Source: Trichoplax adhaerens
Lineage: Eukaryota > Animalia > Placozoa
Direction of reading: 5' to 3'
Assembly (NCBI RefSeq): GCF_000150275.1
Contig: NW_002060949.1
Location: forward strand, 4,305,136-4,369,135
Length of the DNA stretch: 64,000 bases
Of the stretch, positions 50,687 to 64,000 are shown one piece after another (the first letter of the stretch is position 1; each line of letters opens with the position of its first letter). Position numbers and translations under genes: made by a program. The notes under the pieces were generated by a model. The model searched no databases. It had not been told where the DNA came from and was given only the letters and a program-made list of their open reading frames with translations.

Positions 50687-53600
50687 TTTGATTTGGATAT
50701 GAAAGAAAACGAATTATGCCACTACGGCTTACTATAGTATAGGTTGAGATACTGTAGGTGTTTTGATTGCTTGAAACAAATGTTACCTACTATATAATTG
50801 AACACTAGTGTACAAAGAATACAATGCAATCCCTTTTAAAATCTGGAAGAAAATAGCCATGGCATGTGCGCGGGTTCGGCAGAAAGAAAGGCTTGATTAT
50901 TCAATGGACAGCTATACAGTATATACTATATATTTTATGACAATATATATATACAATATATGCATAAAGAAAATAATGGACCAACGGAGCTTATCAAGGT
51001 CTATTAAGAATCCATTCAAAAAACTTGCAGTTAAATACTGCCATTACAGTACTATACTTGTACACATCAAAAATTTCTCTACTAATTTCTGCTCATGCAC
51101 ATACTGACCAGAATAATTGAAACCATAACCATAATTAAAATTCCTTAATGGACGGATAGTGCTCTCATTAATAACAAATGATGCATGTTTTTACGCATAC
51201 ACTTGCAGATAATGATATGAAGCTCTCTTCGTCGACAGTAAGTAGTAATTCAGTTATACAATCATAGCAATGTTTTGTAGCTCGAGGGTACCATAACTAT
51301 GATAACAATAATACTATCCTCTATGGTTATTGTGCTAGATCAACATAGGTGGTCTTACAAAAACAAGATTTAAATGTACTATATGACAATGTCTAAATGA
51401 GTGAAAAGTAACGTAACTTGTCGGCACTTTGCCGATAGTTCGGTTGATACTGAATAGGACAATTTCATAGAGTAGATTTCAGGCTTTTTTCCGTTCATAA
51501 ATTCGCGTGATACATGATGACTAGAAACTCTTTTTTAACTTTTTAAGCGTGAATGATATCACCCATCAAAGTCTACCTCACACGTTAACCGCTTATCTTA
51601 CTCATAAACTACAAACACAGTAAATAGCAGTTTGGATATGCCTGTATCTACTTTACTAATACGGCGACAATGTACAAAGCCTTTGGATAAATCGAATCTA
51701 CAGTATTTAATACATGAATACTCTATTCTGACCACTCTGTGTGGTGCGGCAAAGTAGTCTTCGAACAAGAATCTTTTAACGTATAAAGTCATATATCGAT
51801 AACGTTTTTACGCATATCAAATCGATATATGCTCTAATAAGCTCATTACACTAACACGAACTGTTTCCGTTTCTCAGAATTATACTTCGTGTAAAAATCT
51901 GATACATGTACGTTATAGCGTACTAAGGGCCCCTCAAGTAAGATTGTCAGTAAAAAAATTGAGAAGAAAGGGTAAGGGCGTAAAATACAATCTACAGTAT
52001 AAACAATTTTAGCTCCCATTTGGTATTTGTCTTTTCTCTCGAGAAGGGGATAGCGAGCATTTTTTTCCTGAAATTGGTGGAACATACATTGATACGCGCA
52101 GAAGTACATAATTTGCATCTTAGTATAAAATCGGTCATAAGGTCTTCGGTCAATAATTATAACAAATATTATTAAGTTAATAAATAAATACATAGATACC
52201 AAAGATAGTAATAAAGCGAATTATAGTAACACATTGCCCGTAGTAAACTAGCGATTCAAATGCATAGTATATGCCAGTAATAGTATTTACAGTGTTCTTA
52301 CTGAAAAATATTGATAAAATTAATTAAAATAGAATATATAAACGATGGTATGCAGCAGAACGTAAGTTGAATTTAAAGTAAATTCACTTCAATGTATACA
52401 ACATACAAACAAAGCATTGATATCTCATACGTATTTGCTCGCATAATAATATACGTAATTGTTATTATTATTATACAAATTTCCCGTTTGCCAATTTTAC
52501 TCGTTTAATCCATTCAGTGGATAAATTATGAATATTAATACGAATTTGAACTACAACATCAAGTAGAAACAACTGTAATGCTCGTTGAAATTGATGATAT
52601 TAACATAAATTTGGACCCGATATCATCATTTATAGCTATGGATCAATACTGTGCTTACAGAGTTCATAGAAGATTAGCATGTTGACTTAAGGCTATATAA
52701 CATATACGCGTATTATAGCAGACGTAGTACATTGTATCATCGCATTGCCGCCTACTTTCATTACTACATGTTATACCCGATGCTATCCATCGAACTCGTT
52801 GTTCGCAGTTAAAATCGGTCCTTTTGCATGAATACAATATTAATTGTGTACATAGTCTTTATAACTAAAATCTTCATATTCTAAAGCCATCATTAATGAT
52901 AGTTGTTATTGACGGTAAACAATGCTGCTTTTGTTTTGTTGCTAAGAAGCAAGTACTAGCCACATTGCCAATACGTGAGGTCCATGCATCGTGCTTGTAT
53001 TCTCTTATGATGAGTATAAAAACAACCAAGATCTTAAATTCTCATTCTATCGTGCCACCGTAAAAAGATGTAATTAAAAATGGACTTCAAAGTGCTGTGT
53101 ACCTACAGTTTTACTACTTACTGCACATGGGCTGGGAGGGGGGTACTACCAAATTCTATCGTTCGTCCATTATACGCTATACTAAAACTGAGAAAAACTA
53201 AATGGACAATATTCTTCTGCTAAGATTTAAAATATTAAAATAGTATTAGATGTTGCAGATCACATAGTGGTAGCAACTGCATAGAATCTGCTCGTCTTCT
53301 ATTTCACAGTGTTTAAATAAAATTTAACTCTGAAAGGTACCAACTTTGAAGATACTCTAATATTAACATTTGCTAGACTTTGCTACTATCTGCGTAATCA
53401 TTTATATTATCAGTACCCATATGCTGAAATTATAATAGTAATTTACAGGCTATAAAAACGCACTAATCCAAGGTTCATACTTCTTGTAATGCTATTTGAT
53501 CGATTACGTCCATTAGTAATATGTTTTATACAGTATTAAGCCTAGTACTGCTATGATAACTGTTTTATAAGTAGTATGTTAGATAAGTACTGGTTATTTC

Positions 53601-53746
53601 AACAATTTACGTACATGAATATCCTACATTTTATTACATTTTAAATCTTACTTTATTGAATTATAATTCTCACATTTTACAATCACGATCTAGTAATAAA
53701 AAAAATGATTATCATCTTGTTTCATTGTAGTTTCACAGCTTGAAGT

Positions 53747-56700
53747 TTATATTTTTGCAAGATTCGCGAATGTGTTATTTAAATTATCCATCGTCTCTTT
53801 CAATTCATCAAGTTCCGTCCTTAAGCCCTAAGCGATTGTAGAAACATAAATATCCATTTTAATAACAAATTCAAGCTAAAATCGAAATGCTAATGTAATT
53901 CTAATCAACATGCTAACATTGACAAAATTGAAAATTAAGATATACTTACATCATGTTTTTCCCACTGGCAATCAACGTATTTAACCTCAACCTCTAATAA
54001 CTTAAATTCCTTTGGAATTCTCCCACCAATTGAATCGAGCAATTCTAATAGCCGATTTACCCTTTGCTCGTATTTCTTAACAGCGTCATTAATCTCGGAT
54101 AATGTTTCATCTTTTTTCTTCAAGCGATCCCTGATATCATTCATTGCATCTTCAGCCTTTATAATTCTACTTTGCAATTCTTTGCTCGATGCATCAGGGT
54201 TTAATTCAGTTAGAGTTGAACAGCTCTCTCTTACAGACTTCAATTTAGAATAATTTTCATCGAAACTAACCAATAAAGCCTTTGCCATAATAAAATAACG
54301 GTCAAGTATTAAAATATTTTTACCCTTCCAATAGAAAATAGAAATAAAGACTCATAACATACCTTGCACTCCTGCTGTACTGATTCAATTATCTTTGGGT
54401 CCTCACTTTTTAAATCTGCTTGAAAAACTTTTGATTTATTTACGTCAGTACAAAATTCCATTATTGTTACAAGGTTTATGTTCAATTCGATTATAAGACG
54501 TAAACTTTGTGGAAATATTTCACGACACGCAGTAATAGTTTTAACTGCAGACATATAATTTGCCCCTAGGCTATCAATAGCAATTTTTAGAGCGTCGGCT
54601 TCCTCATCGATCAAGCATTCAACTATAGATGGACCATTGGATAGCAATGATCGAATATTTTCTGCTTCATTTTCTACTTCTTTAGCAATTGCCTTAATTC
54701 AAGTAAATATACAGTATCATTAGTAGTTTAATAAAATACAAAATGATAGTACGTAACTATTGTAAAAATTTTTTAAAATTACCATGCTTCGACTATCTTT
54801 GTCTTCAATTTCATCAGATGCGATATCTTGCAAGTTTAATGTATTAATTTCGACAACTAAACCATTCAGTCGAACTTTCATATTATTTACATCTTCCTTA
54901 TACGCTAGAACATAATTCCACATATCTTCCAACTTGCTACAATTCTCAGTTATTTTTATTAGACAAGCAGAATGTCGATCACATATCTGATTTACGCGAT
55001 TAATAAGAAGACTAGCAGAATCCGACGAATTCATTTCAACGATTACATCACTGGCATCGCATAAGTGGGAAAGGGTTTCTTCTTTGCTATTGATCAATGT
55101 TTTTAATTGTAAAGATTCCTCCAATAACTTTTTTAATTCTTTTTTGTTAAAATCAGATAAGTTCACAGTGACACTTTCTGTAGTATCGGCTTCATTTAAA
55201 ATGTTTGTAATCTTAGTATAAAGTTCTTCAAATTTCATACAATTCTCTAACGCGACAGAAACACAATTTTCTGCTACGCTTGCATCTTGGCTTACTGTCT
55301 TATATTTGCTTAAAATGTCTTTAGTTTTTGCCTCCAAAATATCTAGACCCTCGCTACCAGTCAATTCTCCGAACTCCTTGCTTATGAGAGTGAAGGATTT
55401 TAATTGGCTTATGTGCGCCTTAATATCTGCTACAATAAACTATAAAAGAAGGGATAAAGGAAGATAAATATGCGCCAAGTCAAGTCAATAACTATAAGTC
55501 ATAGTAAAAGGTACAAACAATGAATAGAATCAATTCAAGAACTTAATAAATCTAATTTTCTACCTGTTGATCTTCTAATGACTTTTCTAAAATTTCAACA
55601 TCCACTCCAACATTATTCTTGTCTGCTATCTTAGAGGATATTTCTTCTAGCCACTGTTTTAAGCTCAAATATTCATTTTCAAAGCTTTCAATTAATGTTA
55701 TTGCATCCTGTATGTATTCCATTCTGTCATTTATAGCAGTTAAAAGGCCATCAAAGCGATTTTTATCTACAACTAATACTTCATTAATAGCTTCTTCAAT
55801 ACGACGATTAATTTTTATCAACTTTTGGCCGTTTTCTTCAATAATAACCAACAAATCTTTATTTGAGGATAACATTTGATCGATGTTCTAATAGAAGTAA
55901 TGAATTGAGAAGAATATTTATATTTCATTATTCGAGTACAAGAATGTAAAATTAATTTTATACTAATTTGAATTAGTCTTACTTTGCAAACATTCAATTG
56001 CTCAATCAAGTATTCCAACTCGAAATTACTAATATCATCTTGTATTGATTCAATATGTTCTATTTTTTCACATAAAACAACAAAGTTTGCTTGCTTTTCC
56101 TTGTAGGAAGTCGTCCAATCAGCATAAGTTACAAATGCATTATGCTTTTCTTCCGCTACAATCTGTATTCCAGTTAATTCATCCTTCACTTTGTCAGCTT
56201 TTTCACTAGCATAGGACTTAATTTCCGCTACTGCCTGAAAAGGCTCCATTAATTCCTGAAGACGACGTATAACATTTTCGTTGATAGATGACTTCTTTAA
56301 AATAGCCTAAAAGTGATTGATAATTAATTTACAAGAAATGATAACATTAAATATTACTTTTTGCAATAAATACTTTTGCTAATCTGAAGTAATGCTTATC
56401 CTTACATCGTATTTTTCATTTTCGATCTCAATATCATCTAAAGATAGCTCCGATATATCTCTTTCATTTAATTCTTTTTTGTAATTGTCGAGTTTCTTAT
56501 GCAGTTCCTCTACATATTCATTGAAACTTTCTATTGCTAGTTGTAATTTGGATAACTTTTCGATTAATTCATTAATTTGTAACACAATTTCATTATATTT
56601 CGATTTAACTTCGTTGGCAATTTCTTGTGCTTTAAAAGTAATGATATCAAGTTTTCTATCTTTGAAGTTATCTATTAATTCGATTAAATTCGGCAATTTT

Positions 56701-59700
56701 AATGAATAAATTTCGGTTTTTCCTAATAAATCCTGCAAAATATGAAACGAATATTTTAAATTATTACAGTGTCTAAAGTTGTAATTAATGAAGAGAACTA
56801 CGGCTGTTAGCTCAATTAATCCAACAAATACGTACGTGGCATTGATTTAAATGATTTGATATAACATCAAATTTCATTATATCTAGTTCCTTTAAAATCA
56901 CATCACTCGTAGATATCTCTTCATAATTAATCATAAGCTCGTTTTTTAGACTATGAAATCTTTGAATTAGTTCCAATGATGATATTTTATGATCGAGTCT
57001 TGATATGAAATGATAAAATTTCTCTCTTAGAATACTCATGCTATTAGTCACATCCTCCCCAGTATTGCCTTCATATCGATTACTTATTTTGTCTGCAATA
57101 TTCTGTAACAAATCGACTGAGGCTAATTTATTACCAGAATCTTTCTGTAAATTCTAAAACAAAAATGAAAAGAAAATTTAGCATACTGTAAGTGCTAGCT
57201 GAAGCAATCTCTATTCATATAGCAATTTCATACCTGATGTTCAGGTAGTGTTAACTCAATTTCGGCAAGATCGAAAGGAACTGGGTTTGCTACTAATTCT
57301 TCATTCAGTTGCAGAAATTGCAAAAGAACTTCGACACTTTCGTGAAATTTCTCATAGCAATTTAATATCTCTTGTATTACAGTAATCCTTTGCTGTATTA
57401 AAGCCGCTAAGTCGCCTGCATTCTTCATAATTGCCAGTAATTCCTGACCCATTTGATTATGAGCATCTTTAATTGGGCTACTTTCTAGCTTCTCAACAAT
57501 TGATTCAAGGGATTTAAGCTTTTCGATATTTTCTTGACATATTACCTGATTATCCTAGAAATAGATAATAGAACAACTGTCATATTATAGTTATAGACAT
57601 GTAATCAAGCACAGCAGAGAAAGAAGATATTTGTTTTACCTTCAGTTGTTTTAAATAGTCTGATAGGTTATCCAGTTCAAATAGTTTAACTTCAACAGTC
57701 AGAGGATTTATACCGCTAACTTCGGCAATTACATTATTAACATCTTTGATAATAGTGAGGAATTCATTTATATGCGATTGATCTCCCAATAAGTTCGATC
57801 TGATTGAATTATATTTTTCTACGTACTTATTAAACATGCTCAACATGCCATCAAACTTTGATTGAATTGTATCTTTGTCTGCATCGAACTTGCTTTGTAA
57901 TTGTTTACACGTTTTATTTATTTCCTCAATTTCGATTTCCTTTTTCTTAAGATCATTTAAGAGGTTGCTGATTTCAGCAACAGTTTCTTTAACGTTTAGC
58001 ATGGTGCAATTGTCTAGAGTTCGTGCGCCTTGATCATCAATTTCGATAACTTTATCCATGCTATCATCAACAGATTTTTGAAAATCTTCCCAATCTTTTA
58101 CAATTTTTTTCAATGTCGTTAGGGTGTCGCTGATTTGAGATTCGATACTAGAAAGTTTACGATATTTATCGTTGCTAATTAACTTTAATGTATCCAATAT
58201 ATTTCCTTCGTTAAAATTAATCAACTTTTGGCTAGCTTCTTCAAGGAGAGTAATTTCATCTTTATTTTCATCTATAGAATTCTGAAGAGTATTTAAGGTT
58301 GCTAAACGATTATCCAAATAACTTAAGCTTAGCCGAGTCTCTAATGCAGTTGTTAGATCATTTTCAGCTTTGGTGTAAATCTCATCGATTTTATTGCAAC
58401 TGACTTCAAATTTTTCTGCCATCAGAAACCCCTCATCCAACAACCTTTGTTTCTCAAGCTGGCAGTTTTTGATATATTCACATTTAGATTGAACCTGTTG
58501 TAACGCCTGATCAATTAGAATAGAATCTTCCTTTGCTGCATTCTGTAAAAGCTCCGTTCCATTATTTTGGATTGATTGTAGCAAGTCTCTTCGGCTGCTC
58601 TCGCGAGTATCTAACTCTTTCAGCATTTGTATTTTAGCGTTAAAATCAGCAGTGGAAATTCCCGAGATTTCAATTGACTGAAATCTTTCGTCAACGGTAT
58701 TCAAAGTTTGATTTAACTCATTTGCATCATGGTAAAACTTTTGATACTTCCTTTCCAATTCCTCAAGTTTTTCTTTTCTCTCATCAAGTTGTTGTTTTCC
58801 TGCATCCAAATCATCTACTACCTTGGCAACTTTTTCCTGTAAATTAGCCAGACTCTGTTCGTCATTAAAACTACCCAATTTTTCCGCATCTTCCTTTGCT
58901 TTGTTGATCAAATTCTCTTCACGGGATAATATGTCCTCTTTGATACTAAAAACTTCATCCAAAATCTTTGCCATCTTACTAAACTCAATATCTTCCGGTT
59001 TCTCTACTATAGCCACCGCTGATAAAATGTCTTCATTGAGTTTTTGGGCATCTTTTAAGACGGCTTCAAATCTTTTAGCAACTGCAAGGCTATCATGTAA
59101 TTTGTCTTTTAGCTGCATACTAACTTTCCTTGCTTCATCAAATCTATTCTTCAAGTCATCGCTGCAACTATTTAATGAGGTCATATCATTAAGAGAGCAA
59201 TAATCTTGTAAGTTCCGAACTAGTTCTGCCAATCTTATGAAAACTTCTTGATGTCCATCGATATTTTCTATTACATTATTGTTGTTAGTAGTATTCTCTT
59301 CTATTTCTTTCGGAGTAATTCCCACGTTTGTAAAGCCTTCATGATAGGTACTAGCAGAAAATAGACATTTCTCTAAGCTATCCATCTCAAGCTTTGCCCT
59401 ATCGAATATGTTCAACTTTCTCATGAATGCATTTCCCCTCTCGGATATTTGAGAATTTATCTGTTCAAGCCTTGATTTTAACGAATTTAGATTCTTACTA
59501 ACTGCTTTACTTTCCTCCTCAGTATTTACATTGCTAAGTGAGGTAAAACTACTCTCAGCTACTTTTAGCATCGGTTCACAATTTGTTAATGACCTCTCAA
59601 TCTTCTGCAATCGTTGGAGGTCGCCATCAGTATTTACAGTATCAAATGATGAGATAGGTGATACAAGGACATCCTCGAAGGTAGCTATCTCAATAGCTTT

Positions 59701-62700
59701 TTCTAATTCAGACCACGAACTTTGTAATTCTTGAGCAGCTTTATAGCTATCGGTTAGTACATCATATAGTCTTACTCCGTCGTTAGAAATGGTTGCATAC
59801 ATTTCTGTCATTGCACTAAGTTTGTCTTCCAAGCGAGCAGCATCATCATCATTGCACTGCGACTTTAAATCTGTGAATGTCTCTTCCATACTTTTAAGAT
59901 CTTCCTTGATCCCATCGATGATAGCTTTAGTTTCTCTATGCTGTTCAATCTTACTTGCTACTTCGTCAATGGAAAATCCAACGTACTTTAGTTCTTCATA
60001 CTTTTTAAGAGCAGCGTCTAATATTTCTATTGCGTTATCGTGTACTTTGTTCCATGTTTCATATTTATCCTTTCTGTCTTTTAGTAGATTTTCTTTCGTA
60101 TTGATTACTTTGTCTGCTTTTTCTAGCCGATCTTTCACACGTTTTAATTTATCTTTCATTTCATTTGACATAGCTTCTAAATCTTTTCCAGATACCGCTT
60201 CTATCTTACTCTCGAGATTCTTCAGTAATTCATCATTACTATCTATTGCGTTTTCTAGTTCCTTACATTTCTCTAAACACATATCAGACTCGTCTAATTT
60301 AACTTGTGCCATTTCTTGACGTACGAGTTCAGTTTCTTCTATTTCTTCGCATTTCGAGTTTAATTTCTTATATATTTCCTCGAAATCGTTAGAAACTTCG
60401 TATGCTCTTCTGCGTACNNNNNNNNNNNNNNNNNNNNNNNNNNNNNNNNNNNNNNNNNNNNNNNNNNCAAGATGTATTGTTCTTTTAAATTTTCCACTTC
60501 TTTTACTATCTTTTCTTTCTCGTCTTGTGGAACATTTTCTGTTAGCTCATCACAAATATTTGTCAATGTCGATATGAAATCACCTCTGTCTTTAATATCA
60601 TTCTCGATATTCTGAAATAGATTTATTAACACAAATTTAGATATTTATAGAGACAGGTGTACATATGTTAAGTGCATATGTATCCATTTTATAAATAAGC
60701 AACTGTCGTATGATAGATTTAGTAAATTGAATCAGATACCAACACAGAATTAGTATTAATACTTATAGTCGTGATTGTTAACGATTAAATTTATTACCTC
60801 TGTAGCTTTTTTATTATCTTCAACTGTAGCTATTAATGCTTTCGGTAAGTTTACTTCTTGTAATCGATTGTTTACACTCTCTAGCCAGTCCGATAATTCT
60901 TTCAGATTTTGATCAAGTACTTGTGATTGTTCTTTTTTCTCTTTCAAATAGGATTCTTTCTCTCGTGCTGTAATTCTTAATTTATCCAATCTTTCTTTTA
61001 TCTCGTCTACTTTATTCGGTAATTCTTCGCATGTACTAGGTACATTGAGTGTCATCAATTCGTTCGCGTTCTCTTCTAGAACACTTACGATATCGTTACT
61101 TTTTTCTAATCTTTCTTCAATTTCCTATAAAATATCATCCGTAGCATAAATAGCTAATTAATTAATCGCCAGTAAAGATATGTATTTTAAACTTAGCACT
61201 AATATAATGTGTAGGTAATATAAGATACTTCTTACATTCTAATTAAAAGGCTAATTTACCTATAGTAAATTTGTAATTACCTTAACTTTATCAATACATT
61301 CTTCTACACTTGCATTGTTTAATGATATTCCATCAACGCATATAATGTCTTCTCCTTCAATTTCATCACATATTGCTTGTACCGCTTTATAAGATTTCTC
61401 GAATGTCTTAGCTGCTTCCAATCCTTTTTTGAAGTTACCGCTTCTTTCTTCAACCTTATCGTTAAGATCGTACTTTCTTTCCTTTACATTTTCTAGCTTT
61501 TTCTCAATCTCTAATCTATCTCCTTCAGAACTCATTCTAATCAATGCTTCACTGATACTATCGATCTCATCTAGTATCTTTTCACAACTTTCGGTTTCAT
61601 TAACGACATTATCCTAATTTCGATAATTATCATTATATATATAATAATATTGTTAGTCATGAACATATTTATAACTAATATTACAGTTTACTTATTTATT
61701 TACAAACTATGTTATGTATATTCTATAACAAGTACTTTATAGTATTTATAGTAAATATCAAAATATAAATATAATTAGTCGATGAAGTATAGAAAGTCGA
61801 TACGCACGCGTACACTGTTTACTCATAGTTATTTAATCGATTCTTACCCTCGTATACTATAATTTCGTATTTGTTTAAATATGAATACATACGAGTATAC
61901 TATACAGTATAGTATTATTATTTCTATATAAGTCGTATTAAACAAATCACATATAGATCTACCAATATGTATAATATACGACTCAATACGAGTACCGTAT
62001 TGTATTATTCGTACCTTGTAATTATCATATGTGTTGATAATTCTTTCGCTATCGATTCCTATAGATTTTGTACGATCTAGCTCATCATCTACACTTCTAA
62101 AGTGCTTATCTAATAGTTCCAGTTTCTTTTCTAATTTATCTGATTGCTCTTGTCTATTATTCAATTCTTCCTCTTTCTCGATTACAGCTTCTTTCAACTT
62201 GGATAATTTATCTTTATGCGATGTTATTGCTACATCTATACGTGTACAATCTTCTTCAGNAGNNNNNNNNNNNNNNNNNNNNNNNNNNNNNNNNNNNNNN
62301 NNNNNNNNNNNNNNNNNNNNNNNNNNNNNNNNNNNNNNNNNNNNNNNNNNNNNNNNNNNNNNNNNNNNNNNNNNNNNNNNNNNNNNNNNNNNNNNNNNNN
62401 NNNNNNNNNNNNNNNNNNNNNNNNNNNNNNNNNNNNNNNNNNNNNNNNNNNNNNNNNNNNNNNNNNNNNNNNNNNNNNNNNNNNNNNNNNNNNNNNNNNN
62501 NNNNNNNNNNNNNNNNNNNNNNNNNNNNNNNNNNNNNNNNNNNNNNNNNNNNNNNNNNNNNNNNNNNNNNNNNNNNNNNNNNNNNNNNNNNNNNNNNNNN
62601 NNNNNNNNNNNNNNNNNNNNNNNNNNNNNNNNNNNNNNNNNNNNNNNNNNNNNNNNNNNNNNNNNNNNNNNNNNNNNNNNNNNNNNNNNNNNNNNNNNNN

Positions 62701-63888
62701 NNNNNNNNNNNNNNNNNNNNNNNNNNNNNNNNNNNNNNNNNNNNNNNNNNNNNNNNNNNNNNNNNNNNNNNNNNNNNNNNNNNNNNNNNNNNNNNNNNNN
62801 NNNNNNNNNNNNNNNNNNNNNNNNNNNNNNNNNNNNNNNNNNNNNNNNNNNNNNNNNNNNNNNNNNNNNNNNNNNNNNNNNNNNNNNNNNNNNNNNNNNN
62901 NNNNNNNNNNNNNNNNNNNNNNNNNNNNNNNNNNNNNNNNNNNNNNNNNNNNNNNNNNNNNNNNNNNNNNNNNNNNNNNNNNNNNNNNNNNNNNNNNNNN
63001 NNNNNNNNNNNNNNNNNNNNNNNNNNNNNNNNNNNNNNNNNNNNNNNNNNNNNNNNNNNNNNNNNNNNNNNNNNNNNNNNNNNNNNNNNNNNNNNNNNNN
63101 NNNNNNNNNNNNNNNNNNNNNNNNNNNNGCTTTGATATCATCTATTTTCGCTTTAAGAGTTGTACAGTCTTCTTGTGAGATCTCATCTGTTAAAAACTTG
63201 AGCGTATTTTCTATGCTGTCTACAACATCGTGGTAACCGTCTAAATCGGATTGTATATTCTGTATAATATAGAAATAGCGTTTAAATGTTTTTGAATATT
63301 CTTTCAATCCTATATTGATAACTATTACAAATATAAAATCCATAATCGTATTATCGAATTTCTAAAAAGATCTAGAATAAAGAACGAATACTCTATTCTA
63401 AAATTATACTGTATTTTACTTATAAAGCGAGCGTTTTAAATCTAGTATGTAATAAAATCTATATATTTATCGTAAATATTTTCGACGTAGCCTATTATAC
63501 TATAATTAAATCAAATTTCTATAAATAATAATATTTAATTGAACTATAAAATTAGAACTTTTATAACTACCTTTCGATGAGTCATATTATTCTCGATTTG
63601 ATCGATGTCAATACCGACATCCTCGTCTTCAGTTAAATACGGTAATAACTCATCTAGCCATGTATTCAATGATTGTGAATTCGATTCCAAATTTAAATAA
63701 CCCTTTCGGACTTGCTTTAAATTTTCTTCTTTTCTGCTTATTATCTTATCTATATCGTTTACACGATCTTTAATCGTCGATTTACATTCTTCTAATTCGT
63801 CCACGTCGTTATCTGAATTTAATTGAACTAATTCGTCTACATTTTCTTCTAAGTCTGGTAGCATATCTTTAGCATTCGATAAAGTCAA
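53747..63888 (-). CDS. Giant spectrin-repeat protein, 3' part (5' end outside the window); probably the rod of the spectraplakin locus
   Basis: Long series of phase-0 exons encoding acidic helical spectrin-like repeats, including an exon of about 3 kb (about 57640-60612). The last exon 53827-53747 reads GLRTELDELKETMDNLNNTFANLAKI*, with AATAAA at 53657-53652. Confidence 0.78.
60418..60467. other. Assembly gap (50 N)
   Basis: Run of N inside a coding exon. Confidence 0.99.
62260..63128. other. Assembly gap (about 870 N)
   Basis: Run of N flanked by coding sequence on the minus strand. Confidence 0.99.
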
Positions 63889-64000
63889 CGCAAGTTTCTA
63901 CAAGTAATCACATTTTCCATAATATTAACACTAATATAATAAATTAATGATGAAACTATTACTAAATTATCCTTATAAATACGATAAAAATAGACTCATA

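Noticed and set aside
50808-53600. Short ORFs between the spectraplakin units (50808, 51598, 51846)
   Set aside because: No recognisable homology or consistent splice chain; composition looks non-coding.
58823-60319. Plus-strand S/L/F-rich ORFs (also 43296, 45766, 55619, 56485, 61429)
   Set aside because: Antisense shadows of the E/K-rich spectrin-repeat exons.
61844-63343. Long ORFs of 300-500 aa
   Set aside because: Artefacts of the N run. Only the flanking minus-strand parts are real exon sequence.

Overview
AT-rich eukaryotic (animal) genomic DNA with many short GT-AG introns and two assembly gaps. Gene compactness and intron style suggest a basal metazoan such as the placozoan Trichoplax (inference, not proven). 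Gene order: CIB1(+), ODC1(-), KLF10/11(+), COPS5(-), RAB23(+), PEX13(+, intronless), NFYC(-), HARS(+), and a minus-strand spectraplakin (MACF1/DST/shot-like) locus. Main findings: (1) a spliced, AUU-initiated upstream coding region (uCC) ending ...EPEWDPS* in the ODC leader, homologous to the polyamine-sensing AZIN1 uCC; (2) a hidden mitochondrial-targeting exon in HARS intron 1; (3) a spectraplakin locus apparently divided into a giant spectrin-repeat unit with its own stop and polyA signal plus a separately started EF/GAS2 unit, joinable by one phase-0 splice; (4) (CAGTA/TACTG)n clusters at gene 5' ends; (5) a family of short CATGGACTACTA palindromes; (6) gene pairs that are still linked in human. 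Gene models were built by manual reading and splicing, with no alignments or database searches.
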